64,000 bases of DNA from Candidatus Eiseniibacteriota bacterium. Its GTDB lineage: Bacteria; Eisenbacteria; RBG-16-71-46; DASYSL01. Location: the NCBI GenBank assembly GCA_050733935.1, contig JBOHUC010000016.1, positions 6,088-70,087 on the forward strand, given 5' to 3'. Each line of letters starts with the position of its first letter. Within the stretch, counting starts at the first letter, position 1. Shown here one piece after another: positions 37,871-47,224 of the stretch. The position numbers were made by a program, and so were the translations under genes. The notes under the pieces are model-generated. The model was not told where the DNA came from and did no database searches. It saw only the letters and a program-made list of their open reading frames with translations.

Positions 37871-39184
37871 ATGCCCGAGCCGGAGCGCCGCTTCGTCCCG
37901 TTCGAGAATGCGCTGCGCTCCGTGCTCCGGCGAGCCGAGGAACTGCGCCTCGGAACCGAGACCATTCCGCTCGACGAGGCGCTCGGGCGAACGCTGCGCG
38001 AGGACATCGTCGCGGACGAGCCGTTCCCTTCGTTCGCGAACTCGGCCATGGACGGGTTCGCCGTCCGCGCGGCGGACGTGGCGGGAGCGACGTCCGAGTC
38101 ACCGCGACGTCTTCGTGTGATCGAACGGGTCGCCGCGGGCGCCGTTCCGGCACGCGCGCTCGACGCGGGCGAGGCAACGCGCATCATGACCGGAGCCCCG
38201 CTTCCGCTCGCGGCGGACGCAGTCGTCCCCATCGAATCCACGTCGGCGTTCGGCAACCGGTCGGACGACTTCGCGGACGTGGACGTTCACGGTCCGGTCG
38301 CTGCAGGAGAGAACGTCCGGCCGGCGGGCGAGGACTTTTCGGCGGGCGAGCGGCTTGCGATCGCCGGGCGTCCGATCGACGCGGGTGTCATCGGCGTGAT
38401 GGCCGCACTCGGACACAACTCGGCAGAAGTGTCGCGCATTCCCCGCGTGGCGATCATCTCGACGGGCGACGAGCTCGTTCCGCCGGGGCAGCCTCTCCCG
38501 CCCGGCAAGATCCGCGATTCCAACTCCCACACGCTGCGCGCGCTCGTGCGCGCGGCTGGAGCTTCGCCCGGCCCGACGTGGCACGTGGCGGACGATCCGG
38601 TCGCGCTCGAAGCGGCGGTGCGCAAGGTGCTCGAGCGCTGCGACGTGGTCGTGACGATCGGCGGCGTCTCGGCCGGTGATTTCGATCCGGTGCGGCAGGC
38701 CCTCGGAACGTTCGCCGACGTCGAGCTGTGGCGCGTCGGGATGCGCCCCGGCCAGCCGCAGGCGTTCGGCGTGGTCGAAGGCAGGCTCTTCTTCGGCCTT
38801 CCGGGGAACCCGGTCTCGACGGCCGTCGTGTTCGAGATGCTCGTTCGGCCCGCACTGTGGACGATGATGGGGCGGACGGATCTCGATCGCCCGCGCGTGC
38901 GCGCGACGATGAGCGAAGCAGTGACCTCGAAATCCGGACGGCGCGATTTCCTGCGCGTCACGCTCGCGACCGATGCGACCGCACCCGGGGGTTACCGGGC
39001 GAGCCTCACCGGAACGCAGTCCTCGGGTGCGATTTCGTCGATTCTGCGAGCGGACGGGCTCGCCGTCGTGCCGGACGGAATCGAACGGGTCGCTCCGGGC
39101 GATGCGTTGGAGGTCCTTCTCTGGAGATCGAATCCCGTCGGCGCGGGACCGACGGCCGCCTCTCAGGCGGACGGTTTGCGCTAG
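37871..39184 (+). CDS. moeA: Molybdopterin molybdotransferase
   Basis: MoeA N, MoCF_biosynth (IISTGDELV...GGVSAGDFD) and C domains. Confidence 0.8.
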   Translation: MPEPERRFVPFENALRSVLRRAEELRLGTETIPLDEALGRTLREDIVADEPFPSFANSAMDGFAVRAADVAGATSESPRRLRVIERVAAGAVPARALDAGEATRIMTGAPLPLAADAVVPIESTSAFGNRSDDFADVDVHGPVAAGENVRPAGEDFSAGERLAIAGRPIDAGVIGVMAALGHNSAEVSRIPRVAIISTGDELVPPGQPLPPGKIRDSNSHTLRALVRAAGASPGPTWHVADDPVALEAAVRKVLERCDVVVTIGGVSAGDFDPVRQALGTFADVELWRVGMRPGQPQAFGVVEGRLFFGLPGNPVSTAVVFEMLVRPALWTMMGRTDLDRPRVRATMSEAVTSKSGRRDFLRVTLATDATAPGGYRASLTGTQSSGAISSILRADGLAVVPDGIERVAPGDALEVLLWRSNPVGAGPTAASQADGLR

Positions 39185-39366
39185 CGAACCCCGCGTCTCG
39201 ACCGCATCCGGCTTGACAGTCGGGCCTCGAAAGCGGACCCTTGCCCGGCCCGCGATCGAGTTGCGGGTGCTCCCCCCATCGTAGCTGCCTCATTGATTGC
39301 AGTCGGGATCGATCGAAATCGTCCAAGGTCCAAGCCCCCGCCTGCTCTTCCCCCAGGAGAGCACTC
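39185..39366 (+). promoter_or_regulatory. Leader/promoter of paralog B, containing a TTGACA -35-like box. Duplicated upstream of paralog C (41160-41359).
   Basis: CGGCTTGACAG ... CCCCCATCGTAG ... CTCATYGWTKGCAGTCG ... CCCCGCCTGCTC blocks are conserved between the two leaders. GGAGA SD. Confidence 0.3.
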
Positions 39367-41112
39367 ATGAAACTCCGTACTATGGCTGTCACGCTTCTGG
39401 TTCTGTGCAGTGCCTCCGCATCATGGTCCGCCGTTCCACCCGAATTCCGTAGCCGCATGGGCCCGAAGGCTCCACCGGAGTCGAAAGGATTGAAGGGCCC
39501 GAACGCCCCGATGTCCGGAGGCGACACCTTCGGAACCGCAACCGTGATCCCGTCCCTTCCCTACTCGGATACCGGCGGGACGTGCGGCGCGACCGACGAC
39601 TATCCGCCGCCCTGCTGGGGACCGGGCGGTGGGCCGGACGTCGTGTACGTCTACACGCCGCCCGGGAACGAGGCCGTCACGATCAACCTGTGCGGATCGA
39701 GCTATGACACTGGCCTTTACGTGGTCCGGAGCACGGACCTCGCCGTGATCGCGTGCGTGGACGACGCGTGCGGCCTCCAATCGAGGCTCAATGACGTTCC
39801 GATGGTGGCCGGCACTCCGTATTACATTGTCGTGGACGGATACAGCACCGCCTGCGGCGCGTACACGATGACGGTCTCCGGACCGTGCGCGATCGAGTGC
39901 CCGCCCGGGGCGATCGCCGAGGGCGAGCCGGATTGCTTCGACGGATACATCGACAACTACAACGGCGGGTGTAATTCGTTGCCGGCCGTGTTCCAGACGA
40001 TCGCCTGCTCGGACGAACTCGAGGAGATCGTGGTCTGCGGAAAGTACGGCACGTACATCGATCCGGAGTTCGGAGAGTTCCGCGACACGGACTGGTACGA
40101 GATCGTGCTGAGTGAGGGAACGAACATCCAGGTCACGGTCGTCGGCGAGGCCGCCACGCAGATGGCGATCGTCAACGCCACCGGTGGATGCGAGGGGTTC
40201 ACGATCGCGTGCGGCTCGGTCTTCAGCGACCCGTGCATCCCCGGCACGTGCAGCGTGTTCCTCCCCGCCGGAACGTATTGGATTTTCGTCGCGCCGAGCG
40301 TGTTCGCCGGCGTGCCTTGCGGGCGTGACTACGTTCTCAGCGTGCGCGGTTACGAGTGCACGATTCCGCCGCCGCCGCCGCCCATGCAGGGCATGTACGG
40401 GTCGACGCGCGCGGGACAGCTCCTGACGGTCAACACGACGACCGGAGTGGCGAGCTTCCTCGCGAACCTCCCGACGTTCGGCGGCATCGGCGCGTCGGAA
40501 ATCGAGTACGACGTCAACACGAAGGAAGCCTACGTGCAGGGCGTTGATGGCTCGTTCACGATCCAGAAGTTCGACATCGACAGCGGCGCGCCGATCGGCG
40601 GCCCGGTCGGCGTCGGCGCTTCGTTCGCGGGACTCGAGGTCGTCGGATCGCAGCTGTACGGAACCGGACACACGGGTCCGTGCGCGCCGTCGTTCCTTGC
40701 GATCATCGATCCGAACAGCGGTCTTGTGACCCCGCTCGGAACGACCGGGTTCGGCCCCATCACAGGACTCGCGTACGACGACACCGGCGGCGACCTCTAC
40801 GGCCTCACGGGATGCGCCACTGGAAACTCGCTGCTCGTTCGCATCGACCGGGTGACGGGAGCCGGAACGCCCGTCGGCGGCGGAACCGGGTTCGAGGGAG
40901 GCAGCCTCGAGTTCGGCGAGGACGGCGTCCTGTACGGCGGCGGATCGAACGAGAACGGCGGGCGGTTCTACCGGATCGACACCACGACCGGCGCCGGAAC
41001 GCTCATCGGACCGTCGGGCTTCCCGAATCTCACCGGGCTCACGCTCGTGCCGAAGACAACGCCCGTGACCGAGAAGTCGTGGGGCGCGATCAAGGCGAAG
41101 TACCACCGGTAG
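39367..41112 (+). CDS. Secreted protein with two PPC (pre-peptidase C-terminal) domains, a beta-propeller-like region and the conserved C-terminal tail (tag family member B)
   Basis: Signal peptide. PPC motifs DVVYVYTPPGNEAVTINL...YYIVVDGYSTACGAYTMTVSG and DTDWYEIVLSEG. C-terminus LVPKTTPVTEKSWGAIKAKYHR. Confidence 0.75.
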   Translation: MKLRTMAVTLLVLCSASASWSAVPPEFRSRMGPKAPPESKGLKGPNAPMSGGDTFGTATVIPSLPYSDTGGTCGATDDYPPPCWGPGGGPDVVYVYTPPGNEAVTINLCGSSYDTGLYVVRSTDLAVIACVDDACGLQSRLNDVPMVAGTPYYIVVDGYSTACGAYTMTVSGPCAIECPPGAIAEGEPDCFDGYIDNYNGGCNSLPAVFQTIACSDELEEIVVCGKYGTYIDPEFGEFRDTDWYEIVLSEGTNIQVTVVGEAATQMAIVNATGGCEGFTIACGSVFSDPCIPGTCSVFLPAGTYWIFVAPSVFAGVPCGRDYVLSVRGYECTIPPPPPPMQGMYGSTRAGQLLTVNTTTGVASFLANLPTFGGIGASEIEYDVNTKEAYVQGVDGSFTIQKFDIDSGAPIGGPVGVGASFAGLEVVGSQLYGTGHTGPCAPSFLAIIDPNSGLVTPLGTTGFGPITGLAYDDTGGDLYGLTGCATGNSLLVRIDRVTGAGTPVGGGTGFEGGSLEFGEDGVLYGGGSNENGGRFYRIDTTTGAGTLIGPSGFPNLTGLTLVPKTTPVTEKSWGAIKAKYHR

Positions 41113-41359
41113 AGGAGGCGCGGGCGGAGTCAGAGTCCGCGAAGCTGCCTGAAATCGTCGGGACCGGGCATGCGCCCGGTCCCTTCGTTTACGTGTCCCG
41201 ATCCGGCTTGACAGGAACCCCGGCAAAGGCGGACGCTCGTTCGACCCGCGCGGGATGCGGGGAATCCCCCATCGTAGACGCTCATCGTTGGCAGTCGAGA
41301 TCGCCTCGAACCATGCAGCGTCCGTTTCCCCGCCTGCTCCTCTGTCCGAGGGGGGTTCC

Positions 41360-43102
41360 ATGAAGCTCCGCACCGCGGGTCCTGCACTCTTTACACTCGT
41401 GGCACTGTGCACTGCGTCCGCTGCATGGTCCGACGTTCCTCCCGAGTTCCGCAGCCGCGAAGGAACGAAGCCCTCGACGGAATCCAAGGGTCAGAAGGGA
41501 TCGATGGCTCCACTGTCGGGCGGAGACACGATCCCGAACGCGACGGTGATCCCGGCACTCCCTTACGTGGATTCAGGCGGAACGTGCGGCGCCAACGACG
41601 ACTACCCACCCGTCTGCTGGGTCACGCCCGGCGCTCCCGACGTCGTCTACAAGTACACGCCCCCCACCAACGGAATTGTGACCATCAGCCTGTGCAATTC
41701 GAACTACGACACTGCACTGCTCCTCGTTCGGGGGACGGACTTCGTCGTGCTCAGGTGCGCGGACGACGTGTGCGGCCTGCAGTCGAGGATCGAGAACGTC
41801 CCGCTCATCGGCAACATTCCGTACTACATCATCGTGGACGGCTGGGGGGAGAGCTGCGGGGAGTATCAGCTCACGGTCGCGGGCCCGTGCGAGCTCGAAT
41901 GCCCGCCCGGTGCCATCGCCGAGGGCGAGCCGGATTGCGCCAGGGACTACGTGGACAACTACGACGGCGGATGCGTCTCGGTGCCGGCGGTATTCAAGTC
42001 GATCGCCTGCTCCGACGAGGAGATCGTGGTCTGTGGACGATTCGGCACCTACCGGGATGCGATCGGACCGCTCCGTGACACGGACTGGTACGAGATCGTC
42101 CTCGACAGCGACGCCAACCTCGAGGTGTCGGTTGTCGCCGAGGCTCCGACACAACTCGCCATTCTGAATGCCGCCGGCGGCTGCGTTGGCTTCACGGTCG
42201 CATGCGGCTCGGTCTTTGCAGAGGCGTGCATTACGGGAACCTGCAGCGCGTTCCTGTCGAAGGGAACGTACTGGATCTTCGTCTCTCCGAATGCCTTCGG
42301 CGGTGTGCCCTGTGGCACCGAGTACGATCTCCGGATCCGAGGATACGAGTGCTCGCTCCCACCGCCTCCCCCACCCGGACAGGGAATGTACGGATCGACG
42401 CGATCCGGACAGCTCCTGTCCGTGAACACTTCGACCGGGGCCGCAAGCCTCCTCGCGAACCTTCCGACCTTCGGCTCCATCGGCGCGGCTGAGATCGAGT
42501 ACGACGGGAACACGAAGATCGCCTATCTCCAGGGAGTCGACGGATCGTTCGCGATGCAGAAGTTCGACATCGACAGCGGCGTTCCGTTCGGAAGTCCGGT
42601 GGACGTGGGTGCGGCGTTCGACGGGCTCGAGGTCGTTGGTTCCCAGCTCTATGGAACCGGGCACACCGGGCCGTGCGCGCCGTCGTTCCTCGCGACGATC
42701 GATCCGAGCTCGGGCGCGGTCAACCCGATCGGCTCGACCGGGCTCGGGCCCATCACGGGGCTCGCGTTCGACGACGGGAAGGGCGTGCTGTACGGGATCA
42801 CGGGCTGCGCCAGCGGGAATTCGCTGCTCGTCAACCTCGATCGCACGACGGGAGCCGCAACGGTCGTCGGTCCCACCGGATTCGAAGCCGCAAGTCTCGA
42901 GTTCGGGGAGGACGGTGTCCTGTACGGCGGTGGATCAACCGAGGATGGCGGGCGCCTCTATCGGATCGACCTCGGAACCGGAGCCGGGACGCTCATCGGC
43001 CCGTCGGGCTTCCCGAGCCTCACGGGGCTCACGCTCGTGCCGAAGACGACGCCGGTGACGCAGCGGTCGTGGGGCGCCATCAAGGCGAAGTACCACCGGT
43101 AG
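41360..43102 (+). CDS. Tandem paralog of the preceding gene (tag family member C)
   Basis: Same architecture, collinear similarity over the full length. C-terminus LVPKTTPVTQRSWGAIKAKYHR. Confidence 0.75.
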   Translation: MKLRTAGPALFTLVALCTASAAWSDVPPEFRSREGTKPSTESKGQKGSMAPLSGGDTIPNATVIPALPYVDSGGTCGANDDYPPVCWVTPGAPDVVYKYTPPTNGIVTISLCNSNYDTALLLVRGTDFVVLRCADDVCGLQSRIENVPLIGNIPYYIIVDGWGESCGEYQLTVAGPCELECPPGAIAEGEPDCARDYVDNYDGGCVSVPAVFKSIACSDEEIVVCGRFGTYRDAIGPLRDTDWYEIVLDSDANLEVSVVAEAPTQLAILNAAGGCVGFTVACGSVFAEACITGTCSAFLSKGTYWIFVSPNAFGGVPCGTEYDLRIRGYECSLPPPPPPGQGMYGSTRSGQLLSVNTSTGAASLLANLPTFGSIGAAEIEYDGNTKIAYLQGVDGSFAMQKFDIDSGVPFGSPVDVGAAFDGLEVVGSQLYGTGHTGPCAPSFLATIDPSSGAVNPIGSTGLGPITGLAFDDGKGVLYGITGCASGNSLLVNLDRTTGAATVVGPTGFEAASLEFGEDGVLYGGGSTEDGGRLYRIDLGTGAGTLIGPSGFPSLTGLTLVPKTTPVTQRSWGAIKAKYHR

Positions 43103-43110
43103 GTTTGCGG

Positions 43111-44079
43111 CTACCGCCTGGGCTTGCTGCAGGCAGCATCGAGGAACTGGGCGACGCGCTCGGCGTATTCCGACGGGTGCTGATCGAACACTTCGGTGTG
43201 ACCGGTATTCGGCTCGACCCATGACCAGGTCGCGTTGGCGGGACCGATCGCCCGAAGGAGTGCCCGCGTATCGGAAAGCGGCACGCGATCGTCCTTCGCG
43301 CCCGCGATGACCATGATGGGGCGGTTCGCGGCGAGCGGCGCGGCCCGCAGGGCCGAGACCTCCTCGACCACGAGGCCGCGCCCCACGATGCGCTCCACCC
43401 CGAGCGCCACGACGGGCACGAGCGCCGGTGCGAACGATCCACGCGCCGCTGCGCGCCCGAGCTCCGCTTCGAGCGAGACCGGCGATGAATCACTCACGAG
43501 TGCGACGATGGACGGATCCTGCGCGACGGCGAGAAACGAAGCGAGCGAACCCGTCCCCTCTCCGAGCACGCAGACCGGGGCACCGACCGCCCGTTCGTGA
43601 GCCAGGCGCACGGCGGCCGCGATGTCCTGCTGCTCGAGGAACCCACCCGTCCGTTCGTCGCCCTTGCTTCCGCCATACGAACGGAAATCAATAAGCAGAA
43701 GAATGAACCCCGCGCGATGGAGATACCCCGCGTGGCGCAGCATCGAAGCCTTGCCGAGCTCGTCTTCGCCGTGCGCGAGGACGACCACCGCGAGATCGCG
43801 CCTTCGCGCGCCGTCACGCGGCGGAATCCACCAGCCTTCGAGATCGGTGCCGTCGCGGGCGCGCAGTGGAATGACGCTGTATGCGAGACCGGAATCAGCA
43901 GGTGTGAGCGCGGGCCGCGCGGAGCGATGGGCGACGAACGAGCGGGCGGCGACGAGGCCGGAAACGAGGATCGCGCTACCGGCGATCAGGGCGAGAACGA
44001 GAACGCCGGCGACGGCCCAGGGCCACCACCGGCGAGTCGGTGCCGTCGGCAAAGTCGGCGCCTCGGGCATCGTCGACAT
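43111..44079 (-). CDS. Membrane-anchored alpha/beta hydrolase
   Basis: Start trimmed to MSTMPEAP. N-terminal TM WWPWAVAGVLVLALIAGSAILV. Nucleophile elbow GEGTG. The rest of the 859-aa listed ORF is antisense to nuoN. Confidence 0.6.
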   Translation of the reverse strand: MSTMPEAPTLPTAPTRRWWPWAVAGVLVLALIAGSAILVSGLVAARSFVAHRSARPALTPADSGLAYSVIPLRARDGTDLEGWWIPPRDGARRRDLAVVVLAHGEDELGKASMLRHAGYLHRAGFILLLIDFRSYGGSKGDERTGGFLEQQDIAAAVRLAHERAVGAPVCVLGEGTGSLASFLAVAQDPSIVALVSDSSPVSLEAELGRAAARGSFAPALVPVVALGVERIVGRGLVVEEVSALRAAPLAANRPIMVIAGAKDDRVPLSDTRALLRAIGPANATWSWVEPNTGHTEVFDQHPSEYAERVAQFLDAACSKPRR

Positions 44080-44099
44080 GATTGCGCGGGCCGCGCCCG

Positions 44100-45563
44100 C
44101 TACGGAATCACCGCGAGGACCGACTCCATCGCCGCGGCCGTGACCGCGCCGGGCGCCACGCCGAACCAGAACGTCAGGACGACGAGCGCAATGAGCGCGA
44201 GCGACGCGGGCAGCGCATACGAAACCTCGAGCGCCTCCCCTTCCGGTTGCGTCATGTACATGACGACGACCGGGCGCAGATAATAGTACGCGGCGATCAC
44301 GCTGTTGATCGCGGCCACCACGACGAGTGCGGTGTGGCCGGACTCGAGCGCGGCCTTGAACAGGTAGAACTTCCCGAGGAATCCGGCAAGCGGCGGGATG
44401 CCGGCGAGGCCGAGCATGAACACGCTCATTGCGATTCCGAGCCACGGATGGCGGAAACCGGCACCGGCAAGCTCCGTCACGCGCACGCGCTCGTCCGCGC
44501 CGCGTCCCATGAGGCTCACGACGCCGAACGCGCCGAGCGTCTGGAGCCCGTAGACGACCAGATAGAAGAGCACGGCCTGCGCCCCCGCCGCACCGCCTGC
44601 GATCACGCCGAGCAGCACGTAGCCCGCGTGCGCGATGCTCGAATAGGCGAGCATGCGCTTCAGGTTGTTCTGGAGGATCGCCGTCACGTTTCCGACCGTC
44701 ATCGTGATGATGCAGAGCCAGATCAAGAGCTGGGTCCAGTCCGGCGTGATCGAGGGGAGTGCGGCGATCACGACCCGAAGGAGGCCCGCGAAGCCTGCGG
44801 CCTTGGCCCCGGCCGCCATGAATCCCGTGGCCGTGGTGGGCGCGCCTTCGTAGGCGTCCGGGGTCCACATGTGAAACGGCACGAGCGAGACCTTGAACGC
44901 GAAGCCCACGAACGTGAGCAGTCCACCCGCGAGGAGAAGCGGCGTCTTGAGCGCGGGCGAGCCGATCAGGTAGCCGCCGATGCGGCTCAGGTTCGTCGTC
45001 CCGGTCGCCCCGTAGACGAGCGCGATCCCGTACAGGAGGAAGCCCGTGGCGAACGCGCCGAGCAGAAAATACTTGAGCGCGGCCTCGTTCGACTCGAAGC
45101 GGTTCTTCCGGAAGCCGGCCAGGACGTAGAGCGCGAGCGACATGAGCTCGATCCCGAGGAAGATCATGACGAGGTCGTTCGCGGCCGCGAGGAAGATCAT
45201 CCCGAGCGTCGCGAACAGGATGAGCGCGTAGAACTCGCCCTGCGGCAGGTTCGTGCGCTTCAGGTAGTCCCACGACAGGAGCACGGCGGCGGCCGCGAAG
45301 CCGATCGAGAGGATCGTGAAGAACGTCGCGAACCCGTCCACGCGGTACATGTCGTTGAACATGATGCGCGTCGTTCCCGCGATCTGGAACTGTGCCGTCC
45401 CGGCGGCGGCGAGTGCCACGAGCGCGGTGAGCGCCGAGATGTCGGAGCCACGCTTCCTTGTCTTCATGTTGAGCAGCATGAGGAGCATGCCGAACACGGA
45501 AAGGATCCAGATCGGAAGCGTCGCCTGGAAGTCGGCGTACGAGAACGCCATGCCCGGGGTCAT
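44100..45563 (-). CDS. nuoN: NADH-quinone oxidoreductase subunit N
   Basis: NuoN/ND2 family, 14 TM, 487 aa. Confidence 0.85.
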   Translation of the reverse strand: MTPGMAFSYADFQATLPIWILSVFGMLLMLLNMKTRKRGSDISALTALVALAAAGTAQFQIAGTTRIMFNDMYRVDGFATFFTILSIGFAAAAVLLSWDYLKRTNLPQGEFYALILFATLGMIFLAAANDLVMIFLGIELMSLALYVLAGFRKNRFESNEAALKYFLLGAFATGFLLYGIALVYGATGTTNLSRIGGYLIGSPALKTPLLLAGGLLTFVGFAFKVSLVPFHMWTPDAYEGAPTTATGFMAAGAKAAGFAGLLRVVIAALPSITPDWTQLLIWLCIITMTVGNVTAILQNNLKRMLAYSSIAHAGYVLLGVIAGGAAGAQAVLFYLVVYGLQTLGAFGVVSLMGRGADERVRVTELAGAGFRHPWLGIAMSVFMLGLAGIPPLAGFLGKFYLFKAALESGHTALVVVAAINSVIAAYYYLRPVVVMYMTQPEGEALEVSYALPASLALIALVVLTFWFGVAPGAVTAAAMESVLAVIP

Positions 45564-47224
45564 CGGGGCGCTCCCGCGCCGGGCGGAATGTCCCCGACGT
45601 CCACGGTGGCATTCGACCGGCTCGAGCCGGTGGTCGCGGCCGCTCCCGAAGGGGTCTCAGAGCCCGGGCAGCAGGGCTCGACGCCGGCACGTTGCAGCGC
45701 CTCGCGCGCCTCGAACTCGCGGTTCAGCATCGCCTTCTCCTGGAACATCGTGATCGCGCTCGCGACCGAAGGCTGCATGCGCTGGAGGATCGGCGTCGGG
45801 AAGATGCCTATCCAAAAGATGAGGACGACCAGGGGCGCGAGCACGAGCGTCTCGCGTGGCGTCAAGTCACGCAGGTTCTCGTTCGCGCTGTTCGAGACCG
45901 GTCCCCACACGACGCGCTGGAACATCCAGAGCATGTAGCAGGCCGAGAGAACAACCCCGGTCGTCGCAAGCACGGTCCAGAACGGCTGGGGCCCGAAGGC
46001 TCCGACAAGGACCAGGAACTCGCCGACGAAACCGTTCGTGCCCGGAAGCCCGATCGAGGACAGCATGACGACGAGGAACACGGCGGTGAACACGGGGATC
46101 ACCTTCCACAGGCCGCCGAACTCGCTGATGAGCCGCGTGTGGCGCCTCTCGTAGATGACCCCGACCAGGAGGAACAGCGCACCGGTCGAGATGCCGTGGT
46201 TGATCATCTGGAGGATCGATCCGGACCAGCCTTCGACCGTGAACGCGAACATCCCGAGCATGCAAAAGCCGAGGTGGCTCACGGACGAATACGCGACGAG
46301 CTTCTTCAAATCGGGCTGCACCATCGCGACGAGTGCCCCGTAAATGATGCCGACGATCGCAAGGAGCAGGACGATCGGCGTGAGCGCGAGCGTTGCGTTC
46401 GGGAAGAGCGGCATCGCGAAGCGCATGAAGCCGTACGTCCCCATCTTGAGGAGCACGGCGGCCAGGATCACGGAGCCCGCCGTCGGCGCCTCGACGTGCG
46501 CGAGCGGGAGCCAGGTGTGGAACGGCCACATCGGCACCTTGATTGCGAACGCGAGGCCGAACGCGAGGAAGAGCCAGACCTGCGCGCCGAGCGGAACGTT
46601 CGTCTTGTAGAGCTCGAGGAGATCGAGCGTGTAGACCCCGGTCTGCGCGTGGTGGATGAAGTAGAGCGCGATGATCGCGACCAGCATCAAGATCGAGCCC
46701 AGGAACGTGTACAGGAAGAACCGGATCGCGGCCTTGATGCGCTCGGACCCGCCCCAGACGCCCACGAGCAGGTACATCGGGATCAGCATGAATTCCCAGA
46801 AGAAGTAGAAGACGAGGAGATCGAGGGCCACGAACGTTCCCACCATCGCCGTCAGGAGGCCCAGGAACAGCATGTAGTACGCCTTGACGCGATGCTGGAT
46901 CGCGTCGAACGACCCGAGGATCGAAAGCGCGGTGAGCACCGTCGTGAGAAGGACGAGGAAGAGCGAAAGCCCGTCGACGCCGAGGTGCCATGACGCGCCG
47001 AGCCCGGTGAGCCAGGGCACGTTCTCCTCGAACTGCATCCCCGCGAACCCCGGCCGGAACCAGGAGAAAAGAGCGAACGAAGCACCGCACTCGACGAGCG
47101 CGGTCGCGAGCGCCAGGATCCGGATCAGCCGAGCGTTCGTGCGCGGGACGAACGCGAGAGCCAGAACTCCGACGAGCGGGAAGAAGACGAGGAACGAGAG
47201 GACCGGGAGGCCGAGCAGGTTCAC
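45560..47224 (-). CDS. nuoM: NADH-quinone oxidoreductase subunit M
   Basis: GTG start overlaps the nuoL stop (GTGA). ND4 family. About 50-aa hydrophilic C-terminal tail. Confidence 0.85.
   Translation of the reverse strand: MNLLGLPVLSFLVFFPLVGVLALAFVPRTNARLIRILALATALVECGASFALFSWFRPGFAGMQFEENVPWLTGLGASWHLGVDGLSLFLVLLTTVLTALSILGSFDAIQHRVKAYYMLFLGLLTAMVGTFVALDLLVFYFFWEFMLIPMYLLVGVWGGSERIKAAIRFFLYTFLGSILMLVAIIALYFIHHAQTGVYTLDLLELYKTNVPLGAQVWLFLAFGLAFAIKVPMWPFHTWLPLAHVEAPTAGSVILAAVLLKMGTYGFMRFAMPLFPNATLALTPIVLLLAIVGIIYGALVAMVQPDLKKLVAYSSVSHLGFCMLGMFAFTVEGWSGSILQMINHGISTGALFLLVGVIYERRHTRLISEFGGLWKVIPVFTAVFLVVMLSSIGLPGTNGFVGEFLVLVGAFGPQPFWTVLATTGVVLSACYMLWMFQRVVWGPVSNSANENLRDLTPRETLVLAPLVVLIFWIGIFPTPILQRMQPSVASAITMFQEKAMLNREFEAREALQRAGVEPCCPGSETPSGAAATTGSSRSNATVDVGDIPPGAGAPR

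Noticed and set aside
36341-38256. Upstream 630 codons of the 1241-aa minus ORF 34531-38256
   Set aside because: Only the last about 603 codons match an SBP_bac_5 protein with a signal peptide. The rest is R-rich and antisense to moaC/moeA.
44080-45690. 859-aa minus ORF 43111-45690 treated as one gene
   Set aside because: The upstream part is a frame overlapping nuoN with low-complexity composition. The gene was trimmed to the alpha/beta hydrolase starting at MSTMPEAP (44079).
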